DNA of 64,000 bases from Epiperipatus broadwayi. Taxonomy: Eukaryota > Animalia > Onychophora. The translations under genes were made by a program, and so were the position numbers. This document shows positions 39,056 through 52,706 of this stretch, in pieces; positions within the stretch are counted from its first letter, which is position 1, and each line of letters opens with the position of its first letter. The notes under the pieces were generated by a model that ran no database searches, had not been told where the DNA came from, and worked only from the letters and a program-made list of their open reading frames with translations. Location of the stretch: NCBI GenBank assembly GCA_028023455.1, contig JAQFVV010000004.1:3410001-3474000 (forward strand), read 5' to 3'.

Positions 39056-39206
39056 ATTAAGGCTATCACCTTAAGATGATGCACCGAACTTTGATAGTAG
39101 AGACCTCTACAAATCTTTAACACAAGATTAACAACTTTAAGAGACAAGAGTAGCCACTCTTATCTATCAAAGTTCCGGAGCATAATCTTAAGGTAATAGC
39201 CTTAAT
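39056..39206. repeat. 42-bp-arm inverted repeat with a degenerate hammerhead-like interior
   Basis: Arms at 39056-39097 and 39164-39206. Inner stem gacaagag/ctcttatc followed by tatcaaagttccgg. Confidence 0.55.
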
Positions 39207-41705
39207 ATATTAACAATGCTCTGTAAAAATTTAAAAATATAATGGTAAGATTATAAAATTAATAAATATATTCTTCAATTTGCTGGATGTGATCTTTATA
39301 AAATCCACTATTTGCAAATTATCATATTTCTTGGATTTAACATGCTAAACAATTGAACAGTGTATGACTTCATAAAAGAATGTTTTATTAATTAATATGA
39401 ACATGGTGTTCCTGGGTGAGGTAGACCATCTTTGTGTCATAAGGATTAACTGAAAGACATTCTAAAGAAATGCAGTATTGTTTCGTTTCTATTGAAAAAA
39501 TATAATAGAAAATAAAATACAGAGAGCTGCAATAAGATATGGAGGTTGAAGTAATTCAAAAAGAAAACTTTTTTTCCTTAAGAAATTAAAAGAAAGTATC
39601 ACACAATAACAAATAAATAAAAAAATGGATCAGCATGTTCTATATGTGAATGTATTTGTGGTTTATAGGTTAGTATTTATAGTCATTGTATAACTCATTG
39701 CAGGGCATTTTTGCTCTTCTCTCTCTCTCTATTGGGGGGGAGGGATAACCACTAATTTATGAGCAAATATACAAGATAAAAATGAAGTCATCCATTAACT
39801 TTATCAAAGGATTTGGAATGTTAGAATATGACTAAAAGAATGTTTTCATCATCCTATTTTATAAAAAAAGTCCAATCAACAAATTATAATAGTAACAGAA
39901 CAATAGTAAAATAGTATTCAGTATAATTATTGAGTGTTTAAAGGTATTTATTTTTTCATAAATATCTGGTGAGCAATTGGCATCTATGCATAAAGAGAAT
40001 CAAAAGAATAACATTAAATATTTGTCAAATAATTTGATTCAATGTTGCATCTGTTACATTTAATTCAAAATTTCTAAAAAATCTAATTCTAAAAATGTCA
40101 AAATAGACAAAATTTTATCAACAGAATTAAGGTGAAAGATAGATTTTAGATAATGGTGTATCTTTTCCTCCATTTCTTTTACTACCTACAGTGAGATCAT
40201 AATTCAGAAAAAGTTAAAATAATAGAATAATAGTAGGTGGGAGAAAATATAATTTTGATATATTTTGGGTGACATTTTAATCTTGATTGCTGATGAAAAG
40301 TTAATAAATATAATGAAAGAATTATCAAAGAAAATTAAATAATGTGGTTCTGAAATTGCTTTGTAAACCAAAATCATAATTAGAGATCTCATCTTGTAGA
40401 TTTTAAATTGATAGAAACATCTTAAAAATAATGGTAGGAAATGTGAAAAAAATAAAAATCAGCCATGGCAAAAGTTGTCTAAAATATTGAAAGACTGATT
40501 ATTTAAAAAACCACCAAATTAAAAATAATCAATAAATCATATTTTTCCAATTGATATTTAAGCTATAATAGCAGTGAAACTAAAAAAATATTGAAAAAAA
40601 AATGGATGCATTTATGTTGTGTTGCTTTTAGAAAATGTTTCTAATTCCTTATACAGACAGAACAAATTCATTTACTTTAGAATTTAATTGAAATAAATTG
40701 AGATACTGCCAAATCTCTAGCACCTGTTATAATACTTATCTGACAGCCAATCAGATATCATGGATAGCTGTCCAAACGGCATCCAAACCTAAACACACAA
40801 CAATGATTTTACAAGAGATTGTTGACTATAATAAGATAATGCCATATTTGGGGCAAATGATGATTCCATACTATATATATATATATATATATATAGTATG
40901 GTATGGATATCAGGATATATATATATATATATATATCCTGTCAATAAAGAAAAAGTGTAATATATCATCAGCCACATGGTTATTTTCCCATGCAATGAAC
41001 AAATTGAATTAAGCATGTTCTTGGTCATGACTTTTATATGATGGCCTAAAATCATGAATAAGAAGAGGATAATGGAGTCCTTCATATGATTTGACTATAG
41101 CATGTTATAAATTTGAGATGATAAAGTGAAATCTACTAAATAATTTTTTGAATAGTTAATTATTTAGCTTGTCCTAAATAAATAGTAAACAAAAAAAAAA
41201 AACAAATCTATTTTTTTATCCTAAAGTAAAAAAAACAAAACAAAAAAAAGATAGCTTTTTTTTTGCATATACCTCTATACATCAAAATAATTAAAGAATA
41301 CAATTAAAAAATAACAGTAAATAAATAAAATACATCTCTATGTAAGAAAGATCTTGCACAAATTATATTAATTTCTAATTATGACAAAGTACTATAAAGA
41401 TGCTTTAAGTAGTTATAAGATTTCTGTAATTTATTCACAATACTATAATGAGATATTTTATTGCTTTGGGGTTCATCTGAAGTTTGCACACCAGGAATGA
41501 CACAACTACCACCACGATCTTGATGTCTAGAATTTGCACTAAAATACAGAAATTCTTAATTATTTACTGTGGGATTTAATTTAATGTGATGTATGACAAC
41601 AGACATCATTGCTATTGGCTTTTCTATTTATTAATAATTTTATTTGTTTTTCAGTTATTCAATATTTTTGTAAACATAGTAATTCCAAAGTATAAAAACA
41701 TAGGT

Positions 41706-41807
41706 TGTCAAACATTGGTGGTCGAGAGGACAGCAGCAGCTGCTTTACAAGCAGTTGTCCCGGGTTAGTGGGTTCACTTCCCGGCTGTTGCTATGACACA
41801 TGAAAAA
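41706..41807 (+). mobile_element. tRNA-Gly-derived SINE
   Basis: Family match, A tail, flanking aaaaacata repeats. Confidence 0.85.
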
Positions 41808-42023
41808 AAAAACATAATCAATAAACCATGTATTTATTTTAGTGTAGTATAAAGGTGTTATAACACCTTAGAAAAGTGGCTATAACACTTTAGTCACTGA
41901 AATTCTTGAGTTTAAAAAAAGTAAATCGGAGGGTTTTTCTTTAAAAAAAATGTCAATGCAATTAAGAAGTGTTTTAGTTTCTTTTATAGGCTGGTGAAAT
42001 ATATTCATCCATTTTATTAATGC

Positions 42024-42025
<2 letters not shown>

Positions 42026-42087
<62 letters not shown>
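42026..42087. repeat. Compound (TA)n(TG)n microsatellite
   Basis: Direct reading. Confidence 0.95.
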
Positions 42088-42088
<1 letters not shown>

Positions 42089-45000
42089 CTTCTTTAATTA
42101 TTTTATAAACAACAAATAAGAGAGGTATTTGGAAAAAAATAACAAATATATTTTTGTATACATGTAACTTATAGGTAATTATCACAAAGCTCTTACAAAA
42201 AATAAGATTCATAAGATGCATTCCAGCTGAAGAGATTTTATCATTTAGACTGAACTTGTAAAGAATTATGGTTAGCCAATCATTTGTTATTTTGTATTTA
42301 TTGATAAACATTAACGAAATTGATATATTTTAAACTTTATCTAATTTATAAGCCTATGTCTGAAGTTAACTATTAAATAACAATTTCTAATTTAGAAAAA
42401 TATATATATATAACAGCTTTTAAATAGTCCACTGTTATGCAGTCTTTAGTTAAGAAAAACAGATGACTATAAGGTGTGTTACTTTCAGAAAAGAGAATTT
42501 GAACATTTGTCTATTCTTATTTTGTTCTTTGCTTAAGAATGTTTGGGAAACTATTCACTAATTAATATTGTGTGTTTATCTTTGATGGTTATGACCAGTC
42601 TAAGTTCAAATTCAGGTCACAGAACATAGATGGCAAACACATTATTAGGATTTCATAAGGTTTTATTAGATGGAAAAATAAAATTGGAAAAATATTCAAA
42701 GTCTCACCATCCAACAACTGGTAAGCCAGATAAATAAAGCTTTCATTTTTGCTATTTATCAATACAAGACTATTGAAGAGGTTTTGTCCTACAGATTATA
42801 ACCAAGGGTTGTTTACCTATCTTTAGTAGATTAGAGTGATTAATGATTATTTTTGCATTTATCGAAAAGTGATTGTAGTAAGTAGATGCATAGTATCCAT
42901 TAATATACAGCAATAAAGGGTATATGTGTAATACTTTCATATTATTTTATGCATGTACCTTCAAATTATTTATTATTTTAGTTAGAGCTGACCTTCATTA
43001 TCATAGAATAGTTTCTCAGCAGCTGCTGGTGGAGACAACGTTCTGTTACTAACCACTACTGAACACTCATTCATACTACCCTGATAACAGCTAGTGAGAA
43101 TCAGCAAAAATGTTAGTTCTATAATAATATTAACAAAAAACACATTCATAGACGAAGCAAAAATTGAATTTACGTCTCTTTCGCCAAGAACAAAAACTTT
43201 CTTTGAAATTTATATATCCACACACAAACAAAGGTTATCCATCTAGTAGATTTTAGTATTACAAATTATTAAAAATATCTATTTATTTTAGTTTTTTCGT
43301 GCAATGGTGTGTTTAAATTAAAATATAAGACATTAGTAATGTTTAATCCCTCTTCGTTTTTTATGATTTTATTATTATTATTTAAAAACAAACAAATAAA
43401 TAATGAGCCTAAACTAGATACACAAAGATAATAGTTATTTTTATTTCTCGTTAATAGCTTATTATAAGTGTTACATGTCAGATTGCATAAATATAAAATA
43501 CTTTTATTATTTTAATTGTTTTTTTGTCATAAGTTATTACAAAAAAATACGGGGGAATGCATGAATTCATATCAAAACATCAATTCGTGATAGTGAAAAA
43601 AATATATTTAAAAGTATCTATAATTTTAAGATATGCTTTCAAAATATATCTGTTATAAAATTTTTAAGAAAAAGATCTAATAGAAGTATATATATTATAT
43701 CAAATGACCTCTTTCTTTTGACGAATTCATGATTATAGTTTTTGAATAAATAAGTAATTAAAAAACTCTGATCAATAGCAAGAAACTAACAGATTATCTT
43801 AGTAATAAGAAATGAATTGCTTTACACATTCATTTCCATGCTCAATGAAATTGCATTTTCTTCTTTATCTTCTCCTACCTCCCTTCACTTGTCAAAATCC
43901 ATGACAAAAATTGAGTTGTCCAGCCTATTGGTTGTGATGTTAAACTGCTGCAAACAGCATTTTTATTTCAATCTTCCCGCTCCTTCTCATCAATAATCCT
44001 GAAACTCTCCCGCACTATAATTCGCATATGGCATTTGCACTAAGGCTATGGTTTGTTGGGGATGAATACAAGAAAGAGAGCTGTTAAATTGACATGAAAA
44101 ACACCTTATCATGGCTGGTCTTCAAAAGAATTTTGCTAAGCCATCTGACCATGAAAATAACCACAAAAAATATATGAAAGTATATATATATGTTACATAT
44201 AACCATAAAATAAAAATAAAAATATTCATATTAATTAAATTAATATGGGAAACTGTCAAAGTTGAAACTATCTTTCATTGATATAAAAATTAATTTTAAT
44301 AAGATTATGAAATTATTTAATTAAAAATATTTCTTTTTTTAATTTTTATTGATGAAAGCGTAACATAACTATAGCTTTAAAATATTTATATATAGCATAT
44401 GGATTTTCTAATATTATAAAAATTATTTAATTTAAAAAATAAATTATCCTAAAAATTTCAGATAAAAAACATTTTTTTTTTGTAATTATCATAAAAATTT
44501 CATAACCTATTCCCTTCATATTCTTCACCCATTTTATTTTTGTTACTTTTTAGGTTTATTCAATTCTGTCTTTTTTGAGCAGCTTTATAGTTTCTCTTTC
44601 TCTCTTATTTTATATCTCACTCATCACCCTTAATACTTTTCTACAATTTAATCTAGTGTTGCATCAAGTTAATTTCTTCTCATTAATTACTACAACTTTT
44701 TTTTCTGCAAATTGTATCTACATTTCTTAAATACCCAGGTGTCTATTATTACACTTACATAGAAATTTTCTTAAACCACAGTAATTGACAAAAGTAAAAA
44801 GAGATGAAGTAAGCATTTTATTACTGATTAATGAATAAGTTCTTACCCATAGTTTTATAATAAAAAATATAATCAAGAACTAAAAAACAGTAAGGCATGC
44901 TAGGATAAAAGCTTATAAAATGAATAAATTCTCAAATAACACTTTTTCACATTAAATCAAGATTTATATAATAAACACCACAATGACAGATATATGTGCT

Positions 45001-46266
45001 ACATTAAGTTCAAACACCCTCCTTATTTGTTGCCAGTGAATATATACTTATTATTATCATTTAATTATTCTGCTATGCATATAATGATTTTGGCCACACC
45101 TGAAAATCTAAGTTAAAAAATTGATTATAAAAAAAAAATGTTTTCTAATTTACAAAGCTGTATAATTGACAACAAATAAAAATGATACAATGAATATTAT
45201 TGGCTGAAATTGGACATGCATGTGTGAGACATTTGAATTTTTGTAATTTTTTCAAAAATTTTGCCCTAACATTTTGCAATATTATATATATATATTAACT
45301 TTTTTTAATGGATTTTTAGTTTGATAAAGAATGAAAATTAATAAATTATATTTATGTAAACAGAGATAACTTTTTTTTTGATGTTGCCAGGAAACTCAAT
45401 TACTACTAATTGAAAATCTTCCTGAGGTTAAACAAGTTTTCTTCATTAACCTAAATAGCTCTTTTGTTGGGGTTTATTGAAGTGAAAGAATGTTCTATTT
45501 CACCTCAAACCCAAATTGTTATAAGGATTTAAACTCAAAATGCTATTTTTATACGTGTGATAAAATAAATGCACTTTGATTCAAACTATAAAACTCAGGG
45601 TTACTATGTAGTTAGTGATAAAATGAATTGCTTTGAAAACCTTAGTAGTTTTTTAATATCAAATAAAATTTTAAGTTAAAAGACAATGGATTCAATTTTA
45701 TATTTGGCTAACATGTGTAACAAAGATTAACAGATTATTCTTTTAGATGAAATTGAAAGTCAATTTTAAATTGAACATTCATTTCTAGACTCATTTAATG
45801 TAAGGAATCCCAGGATGAAATAGAATAGCACCATATTTTAAATTGTGAATGATTTATTAAAAGAGAATTTTCTATTAATGCAAAAGCTTTAAAATAATAT
45901 GATGTCCAACTACATATTTAGGTGAAAAAACATTTTATTGTATTCAGTAAGTAAAAAAAAAAGTAAATATAGAAATAGTCTGTGCCTACAGGTAACACCA
46001 TAATTCCAAATTTTAATGATTTTTGTGGCATAAAATAGATTCTTCAGATACACTACTTTTCAGTGTTTTAATTATGGAAACTCGTTTTTTTAATTTATGA
46101 AGGTACGAAAATTGCAATTAAATTTTTATTAATGCAATATTATTTTAGTATCTATTTGCTTTTGTTTGTTTTTAAAATTTTTAAGGACTTTTAAGTTCAT
46201 TAATTTTTTTCCTAATTATAGGAACAAAAAGCTGACAAATTTTGCTCTTAACTGTGGATTAAGATT

Positions 46267-46365
46267 TGTCAAGCATCGGTAGCCAAGAGGTCAGTGCAGC
46301 CACCTTGCTTGCAGACTGTTGTCGTGGGTTCACTTCCCGGCCGATGCTTTGACATATGAAAAAAA
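46267..46365 (+). mobile_element. tRNA-Gly-derived SINE
   Basis: Family match, 16-bp TSD aactgtggatt(a/t)agat with one mismatch. Confidence 0.88.
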
Positions 46366-46981
46366 AACTGTGGATTTAGATCTGATTAACACTAATTACA
46401 TTTATTTCAACAAAAGTTAAAATATATGGGTGACATAAAAAAAATAAGCTTGTGGAAGTAAATAATTCAATTGCACAATGTACTGTATAATGTTATTCAT
46501 ATAGAATACTCTATAACTGATATTAACTTTTTAATTGCCATTTATTACATTTTTGAATGCAAGCCACTAATAACTTTTTTCACTTTGAAGAAAGATTCAA
46601 AATAAATTTTAATACATTTAAAACAATACATTTGTGATACTAAAAATATTGTAGATAATAAAAAAAAATAAAAAAATGATAAATAGAATTTTAAAAAAAG
46701 GAGGAAAAACACATTATCATTTAAAAAATATGCCTTTATGCAAAATTTTTAATTAGTAAATTTTTATATGTTTACACATGTGGTTATAAAACATGATTTT
46801 TTAATTCTAGGACAAAGCAAATATTGTAAGAAATCCAAAAGTTTGTCAAAAAAGGTACCATGAAAGTAATAAAAATATGTAGAAAATGAAACAGACTTTA
46901 AATCAAGCTGCCTATTGATAATATATAATAAAATAGAGATAAACAATATTTTATAAAAAATGCTTTTATTTGTCATGCATT

Positions 46982-47171
46982 AAAAACTAAAAAAAATAAT
47001 TGTTTCTTCATCCACAATTGGGGTTTTTTAGATTGAACTTGAAATAATAGCAGGAGGGGGAGGGGATCCACATTTGGAAAAAGTTAATTAATTTCTGGAC
47101 CGCTTCACTTTTATTTCAATTTCAATTTAAAAACTCCAATTGTGGTTGACAAAAATTTTTTTTTGCTTTTT
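46982..47171. repeat. ~62-bp-arm imperfect inverted repeat (MITE-like)
   Basis: ccacaattggggttttttagattgaacttgaaataa versus ttatttcaatttcaatttaaaaactccaattgtgg. Confidence 0.6.
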
Positions 47172-47546
47172 GTGCACAACAATTAAAAGCATTTACTATA
47201 AATATTTTTTATCTCTAAATTATTTTTAAGTTTTTAGTATTGTCTGCAGTAAATAAAATGTCCAACTATATTGTACATTAAATGAACTTGACTAATAATT
47301 TATATATATATATATATTTCTGTAATAAGTTAATATGTATACCCCTTATGTGTATACACTATTTAGAATGTGTTCATAATTATATGTATATATAATAAAT
47401 TATTTTAATTTAAAATACGAAAACATCATTTCTACTGAAAAGTGATTGACATTTTTTTTTTCCAAAAAATTCTTACACCAAGTCTATATTCTAAATGAAC
47501 TTTCTTTAATAATATGAATTTACTTTAAATCAATTTGACATTCTTA

Positions 47547-47552
<6 letters not shown>

Positions 47553-47624
<72 letters not shown>
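47553..47624. repeat. (TA)36 microsatellite
   Basis: Direct reading. Confidence 0.95.
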
Positions 47625-47626
<2 letters not shown>

Positions 47627-47629
47627 GAC

Positions 47630-48198
47630 CTTGCCAATAGCTCTTAACAAGCTTTTCAGAATATCCCCAACCCCAGAACAGTTTCTGCTTCTGGCTTCCT
47701 CAGTGAGGTACTAGGATATTCAAATACTTGATTTAAAATGCCATGCCAACTATTAAATAAAAAATCTGAAATTTTCAGACAACCATATGTCTTCAAATCC
47801 AGCGATCTAACTTAAATAGCCATATGGGATTGAACTAAGTTAGGATAACCATATATTAATGGCTTTAGCAATATAAAATCACTAAAGCCTTAATAGCAAA
47901 AAATATAATTTCAAAAAAATCATGTCATATATTACATGACCTAATTTAACAAGTTATTTATTCATTTATTAATTTATTTATGGCTATTTAATTTAGATAG
48001 CTGGATTTGAAGACATATGGATGTCGGATGATTTCATATTGTCTACTTAATAATTAACCATTAGATAAAGTGCTGTTTTTGATCTGGTATTTCAAATGTA
48101 ATGCTTGAATATCCTAACACCTCACTGAGGAAGCCAGAAGCAGAAAATGGTCTGGAATTGGGTACATTAAGAAAAACTTGTTAAGAACTATTTGCAAG
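47630..48198. mobile_element. Older head-to-head PLE-like pair, related to family B, with degenerate hammerheads
   Basis: ~200-bp diverged arms (47630-47824, 47979-48198). cctcaCTGAGGAagccagaagcaGAAA is present in both. Confidence 0.7.
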
Positions 48199-48867
48199 CT
48201 AATTGGATAACATTTGTAATTCAAGCTTATTAAATCAGGTCATGTGATATATGAGTTGATTTCTTTGCATATATGTATATTTCTTTATTAAGTATGATTT
48301 TACTTTAAAAAAATTGTAAAATAAAATTATTTTATTTTAACCGTAATCAAGCTTTAAATTAAAACCAAAAAAATCATACCCATTAGTGAAAATATATTGA
48401 CATTTGTTAAGGCTGATTTTTAAATTTATTATTAAACTATTTTGTAAATTAACTTTCTTTAATACTATACTCTTATTTTAAAATAAGTTGTAAACTAACT
48501 TTATTTTATTAATTTAAAGCAAGCTTTCAAATGAAAGAAAAAAAATCCCCACATTTCTTAAAACATATTAAGTTCAATTTTAAAAGCTATCAAAATTTTA
48601 AAAAAAATCTCTATACTGCCCTCTTGCACATCTTACTTAAACTATATTTATGAAACAAACACATAAACAAACAAATATACAGAAAAAGTAAATTGAATCA
48701 AAACTTAATAATGAAAGAATTGAAGTAAAAATGGGCATGAAACATAGAATAAAAGACTTCATATGTGATCTTAAATCTTCATTAGATTCTAACCAAAAAA
48801 TAAAAAACATTTTAGAAGCAACCTTATTTGAATAGACATAATAAGATCAAAACAAAAAAATTAAAAA

Positions 48868-48966
48868 CAAAAAATCTCTTCAGATTATATATATATAATG
48901 AAGAAAATCTATAGTTCATCTATATAAAAATCTCTTCAGATTATATATATATAATGAAGAAAATCT
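48868..48966. repeat. ~40-bp direct duplication
   Basis: aaaaatctcttcagattatatatat(at)aatgaagaaaatct occurs twice. Confidence 0.8.
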
Positions 48967-50197
48967 GGAGTTTTCTTTTACTTAATTGCAATTGTTGTAG
49001 TTTCAAATATGTGCCTTTTCATTATCAAAATATTGTGATTTTATAAACATAAAATTAAATTATGCATTTAAAAATTATTAAGGATTGTTTTAATAAAGCA
49101 CAATTTATTCCAGCATAACAACAATCTTATGAATTTTTATTTATTCTGAAAGAATCACAATTGAACATAAATTCAATAGATGTTTTAGAGTAAACTGTGT
49201 ATAATACTTGAAAGTGTATGTTTAAGTTAATATTAATTGTAAACAAGTAAATTCATAGTAAAAAAAAAAAAAGTAAAAGGGAAAAAATTAAAAAATGGAG
49301 ATTGATTTGCCTCTATATAAAGAATATTTAAATATATTTGCTAAAATTTAGTAAATTCAAAGACATATATATATATACTTAGGATAAGATGACTGTTTTG
49401 AAAAACAGCCCTTGTTAATTTAATAAGAACATTTTACATATATATATATAAAGTCTTATTCATTTTTTTTTACTTTTACTACTTATTAATATAATAATGT
49501 TTAATTGCATAAAATATTAATGATAAATATTTAAATTTTTATCTTATCTAAATTATTATGCCTTTATTTATTCTGGTAGTAATTTCTAATTGAAAATATG
49601 TGTCTTATTGTGTGTGTAAAATAAAACGGCATCTAAAAACCTATAGGGTGAAAAATACCTCTTGAATAGCTCCCAATGAAGAAACTACAAAGAAGGAATT
49701 ACTGATTAGATTTTTCAATTCCCAGACAATGAGTATTTGAGCATTTGTCTACTCTTGTTTTAATCTATAGATAAAAATAGCCAGATATTTATTTATTGAT
49801 TAGTATTAGAAAGGTTAGATGACTGGTTGATAAAACCTTAAAAAAGTAACATTTTACCCATCCTGGATTCCAACCTCAAGGTGAAAGCATATCAGGAAGA
49901 TGCATTCACCACTAAGTCACAAACTTCTTAATTATCACACACATCTAAATGTGTATGAGTTCACACCAAATTAAACAGTGGAAATATATTTGGATAAAGA
50001 TCCAGCACTATTACCACAGAATAGAGCAGGAATGATAGTAGAATGAAGTGCTCATGGTACTGAGCCTTAACATCCCTGATTTAATATTCTAGTATGGCAC
50101 AAGTGAGAAGAAATTGTTATCTTCTAAATACAGTTACTATCTTACACTGTGCTAGTAAAATTTATATATCATTAACTAGCTTATATAATATATATAT

Positions 50198-50433
50198 ATA
50201 TACAAATATTAAGCAATTAAATCATCCCACATGATTAAGAAATCCAGTACTGCCCTCTGTGAACTAATATATAAATACATTAGAGTTCGTATTTCAAAAT
50301 AGCCAAGTCAAAATGGATTTTGACTTGGCTATTTTGAAATACGAACTCTAATGTATTTATATATTAGTTCACAGAGGGCAGTACTGGATTTCTTAATCAT
50401 GTGGGATGATTTAATTGCTTAATATTTGTATAT
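50198..50433. repeat. Perfect 117-bp-arm palindrome with 2-nt loop
   Basis: 50198-50314 is the exact reverse complement of 50317-50433. Confidence 0.95.
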
Positions 50434-50477
50434 TTATTTCAGTATAGCGTTATGCACTGGATTATTATATATATATG

Positions 50478-50662
50478 ATCACTAGATGGAGCTTTACCAA
50501 TAGCTCACTAACAAGCTTAGTTTACATAAACACTGAAAGAGATAGATCGAAACCATGGTTTAAAGGTTGGAGACAATGAAAGAAATATTGAATTTTATTT
50601 CTCTCAGCACTTATGTAAACTAAGCTTGTTAGTGAGCTATTGGTAAAGCTCCATCTAGTGAT
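50478..50662. repeat. Perfect 52-bp-arm inverted repeat related to the 47630 family tail
   Basis: Arms at 50478-50529 and 50611-50662. ccaatagctcactaacaagctt resembles 47634-47655. The spacer has gatcGAAACCATGGTTT. Confidence 0.85.
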
Positions 50663-51553
50663 AATAAAATGCAAGCTATGAGCAAGTTATAAAATTCATA
50701 ACTTGTTTTGTTTATCATATATATATATATATATATCATTCCACAGTCAGCAACTAAAAATTTCATAAAAATAATGGCTATTAAATATGTGGTGCTAAGA
50801 TAATATTTTATGCAGAAACTAACTGCAATACACATACTATAAAAATTTGTCACAACTCAAACTCATAAAAGTCATTTTTAACAGATTTGTCAGTAATACT
50901 CACTTTTATGTACCAATGCTAATATTAGTAAGATACACCTGTGAGTATTAACATTCCTAACATAAGTATATGTTTCTAGGCCATAGATACATTAATACTT
51001 ATCTCACCAGTGCTTACTTTAAATGACGTTAACACTATTTCAGTATTCCATGTTTATTATCACCATGACTCAAAATTAATTTTGCTAGTTTGGGATATAC
51101 TAACAAAATGTAACCTGACTTTATGGTATTGTTTCATTATTTCTCTTTAACTTTGTTCATTTTCAAAATAGATGAGTTAAGGGAAGCTAAAGCTACACAA
51201 TTTATTTTTTTAGTTTGTGATTATTATTTATTCAAAATATATGGGCAAATAATTATAGATTTTTGTTTTTAATACTTCAATTTAATTTAAAAATTCTGCA
51301 TGCTCGTTTGGGACTGATTATTAACATACTTTTATACATTTTTTTTCCAAATTTTGTGTGCATATTAGGTACTGATAACAAGCCAGTATGATGCCCAGCC
51401 TAACAATTCTGAAGCCATGTTTCAAACTGCATTAAAATTGGTTCAGTAAATTTTCCATCATGCACAATAAATGGCACTATATTTTTTTAAATTATACTTT
51501 CATTGAATTTTATGACTATTATTTAAAATATAAAAAAATGATAATATTAAAAG

Positions 51554-51753
51554 TTTTTATCATCTCTGCTTATACACTTTAATGCAATCTTTTTTTATAA
51601 TTCCTTCTTTATTTTGCCTACAGTTGCAAGGAGAAAAGTGAAACTTATAGAGAACTCTGATAAAGACTGCAGGACAGTCGAAACTGTAAGCAAAATAAAA
51701 CATGAATTATAAAAAAAGTTTGCATTAAAATGTATAAGAAGAGATGATAAAAA
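51554..51753. mobile_element. Head-to-head PLE-like pair with hammerhead motif
   Basis: ~72-bp arms (51554-51625, 51682-51753). Motif CTGATAA-A-GACTG/cagga/CAGTC-GAAAC-TGTA at 51657-51688. Confidence 0.7.
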
Positions 51754-51760
51754 AATTACT

Positions 51761-52344
51761 ATACCTTGCTCAGATTATTAATACAGATCGAAACTATGGA
51801 TGAAATTAATCATAGAATTAAACTTGGTTGGAGTGCTTTTGGTATAAAAAACTTGATACGAAAAGGAAATATGCCTATGTGTTTGAAAAGAAAGGGTTTC
51901 AATAAAATGTGTTGAAAAGAAAGGTTTTCAATAAATGTGTTTTACCAGTTCTTACTTATGGTTCTGAGACTTGGACACTTAATAGAAGAGCAATACAGAG
52001 ACTTTAGACCACTCAAAAAAGTATGGAGAGATGCATGTTAGAAGTAACAAGAAAATATCAAAACCCAATATATGGGCAAGAGAACAAACAGGTGTTACTG
52101 ACCTCATTGAAAAAATTAAAAGACTGAAGTGGAGTTGGGCTGGACATATTGCTAGAAGAGATGATAATAGATGGACAATTGAAATCTTAAACTGGATTCC
52201 AAGAGATTGTAAAAGACCCAGAAAGAGAGATATGTGAGATGGATGGAAGAAATAAGAAAGTGTGCAGGGGTCATGTGGAGAAGAGAAACTAAAGATGAAT
52301 TGAACTTGGAGAGACCTTCATCCTGAAATGGATTGATAATAATG
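51761..52344 (+). mobile_element. 5'-truncated RTE LINE fragment with internal ~30-bp duplication
   Basis: Collinear with 25218-25780. VLTYGSETW and LKWSWAGHIARRDDNRW are present. Frameshifts. Confidence 0.88.
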
Positions 52345-52706
52345 AAATATATGAAGAAAAATGCAAAAAATGGAGAAGATATACAAATAATACACTTCTA
52401 GAAATAATAATACATAGCAGTATATTTTTAAAACTACACTTTCATTGTATTTTATGACTATTATTTAAAATATTAAGAAATGGATGACAAAATCTTAATT
52501 TCTTTTGATTGCTTAACTAAAATCTGTGTATAAAATATTGCCATTATAAACACAAAAGATCTTGTAAATGATCTTTAACTGCACACAAATTTCATTTCAA
52601 ACACCAGAAATACAGTGATATTGTTAGATTCTTGGTTTGTATATAAATAATTATGAAAAATCATTTTCAAAATATCCAAGCAGTAAAAAATAAAAAATAA
52701 TATGTA

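Noticed and set aside
40698-41085. piggyBac (QMMIPYY) or L2-type RT (KPKHTT..LQEIVDY) remnant
   Set aside because: Two incompatible readings from short motifs, interrupted by (TA)n; not enough support.
41880-42311. 143-aa ORF
   Set aside because: It runs through the microsatellite (THTH/IYIY) and has the composition of a chance AT-rich ORF.
42997-43128. Additional hammerhead foldback (ccctgataacagctagtgagaatcagcaaaaatgtt)
   Set aside because: The core has at least 3 lesions and the arms are only 12 bp; it could be a relic but cannot be supported.
45720-45770. Walker B-like IILLDEIES
   Set aside because: Isolated, flanked by stops, with no Walker A motif.
50020-50105. Second, degraded tRNA-like SINE
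   Set aside because: A/B boxes are too degenerate, with no TSD and no second copy.
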